A DNA stretch of 64,000 nucleotides from Octopus sinensis. Lineage: Eukaryota. Position 1 is the stretch's first letter, and each line of letters begins with the position of its first letter. Shown here piece after piece: positions 54,325 through 64,000 of the stretch. The stretch spans positions 98,766,001-98,830,000 of the forward strand of contig NC_043006.1 of assembly GCF_006345805.1 (NCBI RefSeq), written 5' to 3'. Under the pieces are notes generated by a model. The model was not told the origin of the DNA. It did not search any database and saw only the letters and a list, made by a program, of their open reading frames with translations. Position numbers and translations under genes: made by a program.

Positions 54325-54630
54325 CCAGGGTCTCCTAAGGACAAATTTCAATTTCGGTTGTGGGGGTAAGTCCTTGTGAAAGGTAAGAGAATCCAGTTTG
54401 CTGGACATTGTTGTAGAGCTGAAAAAGAGGTAATTTCTACTCTTCCCCTCTGGAAGCCATCTACTCGCAATACCAGAGGGCGCACACTCTCCTACCCTGA
54501 TGTAATCTCCAGGGATGCAGGCATCCAGCAACAGGACCTCCGTAATGCCATGATGGACCGTTAAGTCTGGCGTAGCATGGTAAATTCCATAGTCTCGACC
54601 ACGGTCGAACAATGATGATGATGATGATGT
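54325..54630 (+). mobile_element. RTE-clade LINE 3' fragment
   Basis: KRIQFAGHCCRAEKEVISTLPLWKPS...RGRTLSYPDVISRDAG..DLRNAMMDR*VWR followed by a (TGA)n tail. Confidence 0.85.
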
Positions 54631-55334
54631 AAGTCGATTACACCGACCCTAGTGCTCAACTGATAATTATTTTATCGACTCCAAAGAATGAAAGGCGAAG
54701 TTGATCGTGGTGGAATTTTAATTAGAAACGTGAAGACGGATGAAATGAGGCAAAGCGTTTTGCCAGGCGTGGTAACGATTCAGCCGGTTTTGCAACCCTC
54801 ATGCTTTAAAATATACTTAAAACAAATATCTACGCATAATGTGGTATAATTTCATATATGTATTACAGGCCATCTCATTGTTTGGTTCTTACTTCCACGT
54901 ACTCTTTGAAACACCAAAAAACTATAAAACCAAATGTTACCTTTGATATGTTATGTTAGAAGCAGTTGTTAAATCTTGGTCACGTTATATGTTTGTCGTT
55001 TTAAAACGAATACGCCCGTTGTATAATGAATTTCGTTATGCATATTAAAATTAAGATAGAATGGACGCTAATAAATTATATTTCAGCGTAGAGCTGAGCA
55101 ATCAATCATCGTTAGAGTAGGATTAAGCGACAGCTAACACGGCTCAACCTAACAAAGAAGATGAGTAGAAGTGAATTGTAACGATGTTGCACCGAAGAGA
55201 TTGCTCGATCTGTTAAAATTAGCCACTAAATCCTTGTTGAATTAAAACTTTTCGTCTTAAAATTGAGTGATTTTTTCCTATTGGATAATACAATTCTCAG
55301 TGAATAATTGCTATTGCAATATACTTCGGCATAG

Positions 55335-55697
55335 AAGGCGGCGAGCTGGCAGGATCGTTAGCACGCCGGCGAAATACTTAGCGGTATTTTGTCTGCCGTT
55401 ACATTCTGAGTTCAAATTCTGCCGAGGTCGACTTTGCCTTTCATCATTTCGGGGTCGATAAATTAAGGACCAGTTACGCACTGGGCTCGATATAATCGAC
55501 TTAATCCGTCTGTCTGTCTTTGTTTGCCCCCTCTGTGTTTAGCCCTTTGTGGGTAGTAAAGAAATAGGTAATTCGTCTGGCGCTTTCATTCTTTCGGGGT
55601 TGATAAATTTAAAACCAGCTGCGTACTGGGGTCGATCTAATCGACTGGTGACCTCCCCAAAATATTCCGGGCCTTGTACCTAGAGTAGAAAAGAATA
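55335..55697 (+). mobile_element. SINE family B with second tail module
   Basis: Head AGGCGGCGAGCTGGCAGGATCGTTAGCACGCCG with GAGTTCAAATTC B box. Homologous to 9610, 25263 and 31795. Confidence 0.88.
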
Positions 55698-56819
55698 TAT
55701 TTCCTCAAAGTTATCCATGGTGAAGGTTCGTTCTCGGCTAAACATTAGCAACGAAAAGCAAGAGCTGATTACTAATAATATGTAAGTTTGATTGTTTATA
55801 GGTAAAATGAATTATTGATGTAATAATTTCTTCAGTTAGAATATATTTTAATCTGCCAATATTCCATAGAGGAAAACATACATGTTCTATATATGACTGT
55901 ATCCTTCTATATATATGACTGTGTTTGCGTATGTCCCTGCGTATGTGTGTGTGTGTGCGTGTGTGTGCGTGTATGCATCTATGTGTGGTGGAGAATTCAG
56001 ATCTATATCGGGAATTCTGATTATCAACAACAGTTCTATCATCTAGATTGAAATAATACGCAGCCAAAGATCATTATGAGCGTGATTCCCGCAAACATTT
56101 GAAGCGGTGTGTGCTTTTAACAGGAATTTGCTATTTTGCGCGAGGGAACATAACTGTGTTACTGATAAATTACGTTATCAATTTAAGAATATAAACAGCT
56201 CATCGTTTGCCGGATTTAAAAGTAGTTTTTTTTTTCGGAGTAACATTGTTGAAATTGGCAGTCATCGATATATCGTTGACTGCCAATATCCTCAGGAAAA
56301 TATCTTTGCGATTTAAGTCATATACATGTATGTGATAATGAAGATGTTAAGTTCATATCCACAAGGAAGACTTTAAGGGAAAATGATTATGAAATAAAAT
56401 GAACCAATTTCGTATTCAATTGGCTGCTAAAGTCTGGGACTGGAGCTAGGAAAGTTATATTTCAGGTATATGCGAATAAATGCTCAGGTTATTTTAAAAT
56501 ATATTTCCTCTTTAAACAGTATTATAGCTACTCCTGCGTTAACAGTCAGAGTAGAAGCTGTACATAATTAACTTATAAATACTAATTCAATTTCTGTCAA
56601 TTTCTCTTATTTTCTCTAAAGCAGTAGATTACATTCAATAATTTAGCATCACGTGCAGGACCTCCGAAACATTTGGCAATTTGGAACAAACACTGTCTTC
56701 CTCTTTAGAGACGGAATGCCTCTTGTTATTCAACAGCTTATGAGAATGTGTTTAGTTTCCGGCTAAAGTGAAAAAAAACCTTAATAATATGTGCTTATTC
56801 TTCGGTAGATGTAAGTAAG

Positions 56820-57410
56820 TGAAGGCGCGTGGCTTACAATGGGTATTCGGCTCGATTACCAGCGTGCCCTTGAGCAAGAGGCTTTATTTCACATTCCTCC
56901 AATTCACTCATCTGGCAAAACAAAATGTCCGTCCTTGTCATATTCTCTGACAAGCTGAATCTTCTTGCGATCTATGTTAAGAGTACGCGTGTCTGTAGAG
57001 TGTTCAAGCCAATTGCTTGATTTTACAGGCAGACCGTTACGCTAATCAGATAAACTGGAACCCTTGTTGTCGTTAGCGACACAGCGCCAGTTTAGTGAAG
57101 GCGCGTAGCTTGGTGTTTAGGTAGTTCGGAGCACGATCGTAAGGTCATGAGTTCGATTCCCTGCGGCGCGTTGTGCCCTTGATCAATATATTTTATTTCA
57201 TATTTCTCCAGTTCACTCAGCTGACAAAACTAAGTAGTACCTGTATTTCAAATGCCCAGCCTTGTCATAATCTGTGCCACGCTGATCCTACTGAGAACTA
57301 CATTAAAGGTACATGTGTCTGTGGAGTGCTCAGCCACTTGCACGTTAATTTCACGAGCTGTCCGTTCCGTGAATTGGATCATTTGAAACCTTTGTTATCA
57401 TAAGCGATGG
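56820..57410 (+). mobile_element. Two tandem SINE family D copies
   Basis: Two GTGAAGGCGCGT heads (56820 and ~57095), each followed by a CCTTGA.CAA..TTTATTTCA body and a GTGTCTGT.GAGTG.TCAGCC tail. Confidence 0.75.
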
Positions 57411-57639
57411 TGTGCGGTGGAACATGCAGGTAAGGGCGTTGGTTATTATAAAGTAGATATTATCTCTACAAGCTTTTAAAGCCGCCACCCAAATACTAGC
57501 GTCTTAAAGACGAAACCTATAAGCGTTCACTTGTTCATATGGTCTCCAAATAAACAGAAATGGCATCGGATAGTATAGCGCTATGAAAACTCTAAAAGGA
57601 GGACATCTTTAGCATTGGATAAAATATTTTCCTTCCCGT

Positions 57640-57710
57640 GGGCACACGGCGTAGTGTTTGAGAGCGCGGGATACTAACCCCAAGATTCCAAGTTCGATTC
57701 CGGGCAGGGA

Positions 57711-57743
<33 letters not shown>

Positions 57744-57895
57744 ACAAAATCGAAAAATGCCTTAGGATTGAGAACCCAGGATCGAAATTTCTCCAAGATG
57801 AAGGCTGGAGAGTATATCAGCCAAAACGTTGTGTTAACAACAAACAATAATAAGGACAAATATCCGTAAATTGTAAATAATGTAAATAATGTAAT
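57640..57895 (+). mobile_element. tRNA-derived SINE with internal (AAT)n and a decayed HHR/pLTR-like tail
   Basis: Head with GTTCGATTCC B box. Tail GATGA-A-GGCTG..CAGCC-AAAA-CGTT. Terminal AATAATGTA repeats. Confidence 0.72.
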
Positions 57896-58097
57896 CTTAG
57901 ACATATTCAGCAATATAAATTTTTATTTTTGGTCAAATAATTTTAGAGCGGAATAGGACAGAATTTCTTCATACGTAAATACTTTGATGGATAAATCTAT
58001 TTACCATTAATAGGCATGCACGTAGTAAACTAAAGAAGTATTCATGAACATTAATACCTGCTGCCTGTCTTATTGTTGTTGCACTGCTGTTGCTGTT

Positions 58098-58453
58098 GAG
58101 CGTAGAGGTCTTCGTCCTAGTGGGAGAAGTCCGAAACGTGGTCCTTTGCTATTCGTAAGACCCGCAGAAGAGAAAGCAGGTCAACTTCCGACACCGAGAG
58201 CATCGACGGATGGATGAATGTGCACCCAGGCTCAGCGGTTGCGTAGGAAGTCGGGGACAAGAAACAGGAAGAAAGAGTGAGAGAAAGTTGGAGTGAAAGA
58301 GTACAACAGGGGTCGCCACCACCCCCTGTCGGAGCCTTGTGGAGCTTTAGGTGTTTTCGCTCAATAAACACACACAACGCCCAGTCTGGGAATCGAAACC
58401 GTGATCCTCCGACTGCGAGTCCGCTGCCCTAACCATTGGGCCATTGCGCCTCC
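58098..58453 (-). mobile_element. SINE with family C head and an alternative tail
   Basis: First ~190 nt match 38551; the 3' part is unrelated to that copy. Confidence 0.8.
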
Positions 58454-59369
58454 GTTGTTGCACCTTCGAAAGTATTTACTTTCGAAACAATTTAACACAC
58501 CATAATAAATATTAAATATTAAATGATAAGAAGTCGGAAGGTTTTAAGTCGTTGAGCAGTTGATACAAACATATATATATATAGATTCCTTATTGAAAAC
58601 ATTGCACGATGAAATGGATATTGCTACACAAGTAAATGTGTGTGAGAATTAATATGATTTTTACTGTAAAAGCCTGATGTATAATGCGCCTCTACTGAGA
58701 ATGTAATCTATTTATTTCATTTCGTTGTATAATGATTGTGCTCGAAGTATATACTTATCGGCGTTTACATTTTCTTTTGACGGTGTATCTACTAAATCTT
58801 ACGTAATGAACTATAATCATCACTGCAATCAGAAGTACAACAACCGTAATGTAAATGATAATGAAGACGATGTTATTAAAGACGATGATGGTGTCGCTGT
58901 TGAGTGTTCTGGGTTTTTTTTCGCCACAAGGGCAAGAACAAGAGTGATGATGCTAAAACTGTCGTAATATATAGCGAATAGCAAAGAAACGAAAGATTAT
59001 AAAAAATGAATTGAAATGTAAAAATATGAAATAAATTATAAACACAAGAAGATTAAATTTAAGCATTTATGGTTAATTGAAAACTATTCGTAATTCCTGT
59101 GCTACACTACTACCTCTTGGACCAATATAGGAATCCACCATTCCCAATAACATTGATTACGAAGGGTTAGAGTTCCCTCTAGTTTTTGCACTCCGATCTA
59201 GAAATTAGACCTTAGAGCAGTTCTATCCACCCTGACTATTTTCTCATCTTCACTAATTTTTTAATAATTTAATTCTCTCGACGATCACCTTTCATTTCAA
59301 TTCAAACTTGAAACATCGATGAGGCTATCTTGAATCTTCGTCATTAACTTTTCTGCCCGGTTAATGAAG

Positions 59370-59715
59370 TGCGATGGTGTAATCATTAATATGAACTCGA
59401 CTGGCAGCCAGATCCGTCCCACGCGCGACAACTGTTCGATATAACATTATAAGTCAGTAAACTTGGAAAAATTCAAGTACAGTTTCAATGCTGTTCATGC
59501 ATCTCCGGCAGGCCTGTCTGACAGCACTAGTATGCACGTAAAGCTAATATCGAACCAGTAGTGCCTCTTGTTATCACTATTAAGTCAATGAGTTCTGGAA
59601 ATTATACATGGTTTTCCTCGCAGGAAAAATCTCCGAAACAATCTAATCAGCTCGTTTATATCGACACCTAGTGTCTCCTTGACTACGCCGTCACTCTTCA
59701 TCATCACTAACACGT
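59370..59715 (-). mobile_element. Decayed L1/Tx1-clade LINE C-terminal fragment
   Basis: MYNFQNSL...EALLVRY*LYVHTSAVRQACRRCMNSIETVL (zinc-knuckle region) and YIEQLSRVGRIWL. Confidence 0.6.
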
Positions 59716-59727
59716 TTAGAAAAGAAA

Positions 59728-60065
59728 ATCATCGATCCAGTTGCCCGACTGGCAGGGCGCAGTGAGCACCTGGTACGGAAAGTGTAACCTCTCGAAAGAG
59801 CTGTTCTTCACTCCTGCTCCAGAGCGTCGGCTGCGAAGTCACTCCGAAAAGCTCTATCTGCGACGATTTCATCTCAATCGAAGGAGACGTGCTTTCTCTG
59901 TCCGGGTTGCGGATCCGTGGAATAAGCTGCCGGACGAGATAGTGAAGATGCCGACGACCGCTCGGTTCAAAGTCTCTCTTGATCAGAAATGGCCTGAACT
60001 CTTTGCATGGACACCAACCTGTACATAACTCCATGTCCCACTACATGGCCTTGCTTTTTGCTTTT
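59728..60065 (+). mobile_element. CR1-group LINE 3' fragment
   Basis: LRSHSEKLYLRRFHLNRRRRAFSVRVADPWNKLPDEIVKMPTTARFKVSLD, a typical CR1 ORF2 C-terminus. Confidence 0.88.
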
Positions 60066-60442
60066 TGACAACGTGTGCAAAGTCTTACCTCTACACGTTC
60101 ATTGACGATCCTACTTCCTTTCATAGACAAATTAAATATCATCATGATTCGTTTTCGTGTAACATGTTAAAGGAAAATAAAAGAAGAAAAAAAAGAGAAG
60201 AGCTCTCAAAAGATATGGTATAAATCTGATGAAACTCTCTTTTCATTCTGCTCCTCTTTCAAGGCCGTGACACTAGTCACCCTGAAAAACATTTATCTTC
60301 CTGACATCCCTTTCGATGACTGAAAGTTTATTGGAGTCAGAAAATGTTTTGAATATGTGAAAGTTAAACTACTTGAACGTTAAATCTTTGGCAACATCCG
60401 TCGAATTAATATAATGTTGCCACTTGTAATACCTACAGCCAA

Positions 60443-60705
60443 TGAGGCTCCGGCAGGGATAGTGGTGATCCCTGCTGTACTCTTTCACCACAACTTTCTC
60501 TCACTCTTACTTCCTGTTTCTGTTGTACCTGTATTTCAAAGGGCCGGCCTTGTAACTCTCTGTCACGCTGAATATCCCCGAGAACTGCGTTAAGGGTACA
60601 CGTGTCTGTGGAGTGCTCAGGCTCTCACACGTTAATTTCACGAGCAGGCTGTTCCGTTGATCGGATCAACCGGAACCCTCGTCGTCGTAACCGACGGAGT
60701 GCTTC
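60443..60705 (+). mobile_element. Chimeric SINE: family C body with family D tail (head missing)
   Basis: GAGGCTCCGGCAGGGATAGTGGTGATCCCTGCTG (as at 38551) joined to GTACCTGTATTTCAAAGGGCC..GTGTCTGTGGAGTGCTCAG (as at 57240). Confidence 0.8.
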
Positions 60706-61069
60706 CATCACCAACAGCCAGTAATTTTTTTAAAATTATTTTTCCAGCGTGTCCAACATAACCTAAGTTTTATTCGGTGCATTCAGCTACGCAACAAATG
60801 ATAATGTAGGTTCCCGCCTTATCTTAAAAACAGCATTTCTGTTAGAATATGTGGTAGAGATCACATGATACGTGTTGTTGCACGATAAAAAGAACTTGCC
60901 TTTTTGCGACTATTTTAAAGGCTAAAGTGTACGGAAAATCGCGGTTTTCTGTGAAACGCTAAATTTCAAGAAGGCTATCCGAATTCCTTCATTAATGAAA
61001 AGGAATTCATCGGTGAACCGTAACTAGGGCTTTGGTCTATAACAATGATATGATTTAAATTCTATGCTA

Positions 61070-61495
61070 AATTGAGCCACAGGATTTTTGCTGTTGTTGT
61101 TGGCTTCTTTTGTCTCGTGAGACATTGGAGTTGCGCATAGAGTAATCCAGTCTGGTTTTTACATTTCATGTCCTCTCCCGTTTCCTCTCCATTTTTGCGC
61201 AGGCCTGGGTTAGATGTAAGAAAATCCTGGCTAGCCTAATCGTCAGGATTCCTCTTTCGACCTTGCTGACGTAGTCCAAAGTTGTGCAAAGCATTACGTT
61301 TGGCACCAGCTTGGCTGCAGGAGCTGCCGGAAGAGTGTCGACTCGAACACTAAACCGCCTACGGGGCTCCACTCCAGATTTCTTTGAAGGTTGTCTCCTT
61401 TCCGTAACCCCGGATAGTGGCCCATACCGGGTGATGTCAGCCGGAGCCAGCTGAGCCCGGGGACGTGTCAGGCAGGGTCGTCACTCCCTGAAATA
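61070..61495 (-). mobile_element. Probable RTE-type LINE 5' UTR fragment
   Basis: GC-rich block containing GCAGCTCCTGCAGCCAAGCTGGTGCCAAACGTA, recalled from RTE 5' regions (not verified). No downstream endonuclease ORF. Confidence 0.5.
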
Positions 61496-61942
61496 GTGAA
61501 GAAAATCGCTACGCATTATAGGATACTTTATCAAAATGTAATGCCATGATTGAACCTATGGCACATACCGTCATCTTGCGGTAAGTCTATCGTCCAAATT
61601 TTTTGTTGCTAGATATTTCAAAATACGATAAATTACAGAAGAAATTTAATGGAATTATTTGATTCACACTTTCTCAAAGATGTCCATCACGGATATTTGG
61701 AGTAAAGAAATACCGATATTTGCCAAAAGAAGAAAAACTGTTTTCGAAACTATTTCGAATTATATATTTATTTAAGATCTCTTCCGAATCTAAGCAAAAA
61801 CAAAAACATAGATTGTGAAGGTAGGGTAAAATGATCTTCTAAAAATGTCTGACATAGAAAGACATAGGGTAGCCTGTTAGAATTTCAGTTGAGAACGAAT
61901 AATTGCGACTATATTGAAAGTTTAAGGTTAGTTCATAAAACT

Positions 61943-62000
<58 letters not shown>

Positions 62001-63114
62001 TATATATATACATATATATATATACATGTATATATATATACATACATATATATATATATATATATTATATATATACATATATATATATATACATACATAT
62101 ATTTGGATAAGAATAAGTACTTTTCAGTTTTTCTTATTGATCACAAATGTGTTAACATGTAAACAAATTATCGGAGAAAATTTACTCTGAACGTTGGAGA
62201 CATTACTTTATCCGGTCATGGTATAAGATAAATGATATAGATAAAAGAAAAAAAAAACGTCATTTATAGAATTCTGTTTGCTGCATCTTTTTAGTGAAAA
62301 TACAGAAGACAAATTTAGTATATAAAACACTTTCTCCACTAACAAAACTACCCCAAGTAATCTAGAGCGGATCAAAATACGGCCCCAGATATGGATGTGC
62401 TCCTGTAAGAAAACAGATATGGCGTAACGGAATATGATATTATATTCTTGTGTATGGTACGCATTGATAATAAGTTTTCACCTATGGTAGAACCCAAGAA
62501 GGAACTGATACTCGCGCATGATAGTGCAAAATAAGCATTATGTACGTGTATAGTTGACACACAATAAATAGAATTGTTTATGAAGAAAGAAATCCGAAAA
62601 TCAAACTCGTATACACTGAGTGAAGAAAAAAGCAATTAAATCGATTTAAAGTCAAAAATATATATACACTGAAATGTCTCACAGTGATGAAATAATAAAG
62701 TATCTACAAGAAATACAAGCTGATATCTCAAGCTTGAATTTCTTGTAAATTTATTGTTGCCTTTCGAAACAATCATCAATATCACCGTGTTACATGATAT
62801 AAAATAAGAAACGTAAGCACTCTTTCATATCTAATCAGTTAAGTGTGTCAAAATCAATCGAAACATTGGAACTAAAAATGTAAAAGAAATTATTAGAACT
62901 GTCTGGACAGCTTATATTGAATCTAAATTGAAATGACAAAACGAACAAAGATTAAACAGAAACTGATACTAAAGACTTGGCATTGAAATCTACAGGGCAA
63001 TATGCTGACATTGTAACTTTGAGACAGATAAGCAATAGAAAGAAATATGCACGTGAACTACTCGGTGGTACCGCCTCTTCAATATCTTGATATGATTTGG
63101 CAGTCGGACAAGTA

Positions 63115-63349
63115 CAGTAATCCGTCGACTATCTCGGGTGTTACATTCCAGAACACTCCGTGATAGGTGAAATTCCGCGAAGTAGAAACATTACTGTAGT
63201 GTAGATTTCTTTTTTATTATTTTTATAATTTGTATATATTTACTTTATTAAAAGTACAAAGCAAGACCACAGAGGAATCGACGTAAGATTAAATAATAAA
63301 CCACGATAGATGAAACGCGATAGCTGAACCATAGGGCGAGGGATTATTG
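63115..63349. mobile_element. 235-bp Tigger/pogo-like MITE
   Basis: TIRs CAGTAATCCGTCG / CGAGGGATTATTG with TA TSDs (63113-63114 and 63350-63351). Confidence 0.75.
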
Positions 63350-64000
63350 TAGATCTAAATAATCCCGTTCGATGATCTACTGGAACGAAAATCCTAATGC
63401 CATGATACACATATCCCTCGTTACTACAGAAAACATCGCCAGATATGAAGTTAAAATCAAATTGCAAGGGAAGTAGATCTTTAATAAACGGAGTATAGTG
63501 CATGAAACTAAGGTTAGGAAAACAGTAAATGGAAAACTAGGCATGATTAAAAACACATACAAAAAGCCGAAAAGATACCCCAAAAGATAGTCATAGATGA
63601 CATAATAACGATACAAATTAAATCTCCAATACTACCCAACCTACAAGATATACTACGTGTAATCTATAGCAATAAACTAACACAACTGGTAGCAGACAAA
63701 CAATAAGCCGGCGCCTCTAAACAATTTAATATTACGCATATGCAAACGAATCAATGCTTTGTAAGAGTAATGACACCAACGTATAACACACCCAGAGCTC
63801 TTAATCTGCTCGCCCGCCACTGTTATACAAAACTTCAGGCATATACCAGTTTCAGTCAAAGCATTGTTTCGGATTCTCTTTAACGATGTTTGGCAAATCG
63901 TATCTCTATGGTATATCGTCAATTTGATACAATTGTTACTGAACTGTTAATTCTTCATTTTCCTCTGTAACATATAAACAGGAATGGTTTATTCTTCATT

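Noticed and set aside
57095-57175. tRNA-like sequences (also at the heads of other SINEs)
   Set aside because: They run directly into SINE bodies and lack a complete cloverleaf, so they are not tRNA genes.
61340-61495. HDV-like ribozyme at the putative RTE 5' end
   Set aside because: Several hairpins are visible, but I could not assemble the P1/P2/P3/P1.1 double pseudoknot by eye.

Overview
AT-rich eukaryotic genomic DNA, most likely an octopod (Octopus) intron or intergenic region. That assignment is inferred from recognisable SINE families and the extreme (TA)n/(CA)n/(AAT)n microsatellite load, not from a database search. I found no recognisable host protein-coding exon, and most ORF-track entries are translations of microsatellites. 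The window is a mosaic of transposable elements: one near-intact irritans-type mariner (350-aa ORF, TIRs, TA TSD), decayed mariner, Tc1, Helitron, CR1, RTE, Tx1 and Dong/R4 fragments, an RT-less Penelope-like element, three MITEs and many tRNA-derived SINEs. The most striking unexplained layer is a set of short non-coding elements, mostly next to (TA)n tracts and often built as long inverted repeats, that carry type I hammerhead ribozyme (HHR) motifs. Five have complete catalytic cores (1.7, 12.1, 31.0, 44.5 and 53.7 kb). One has a swapped G3-C8 core, and several are decayed relics. All folds were read by eye; no cleavage activity or expression has been shown.
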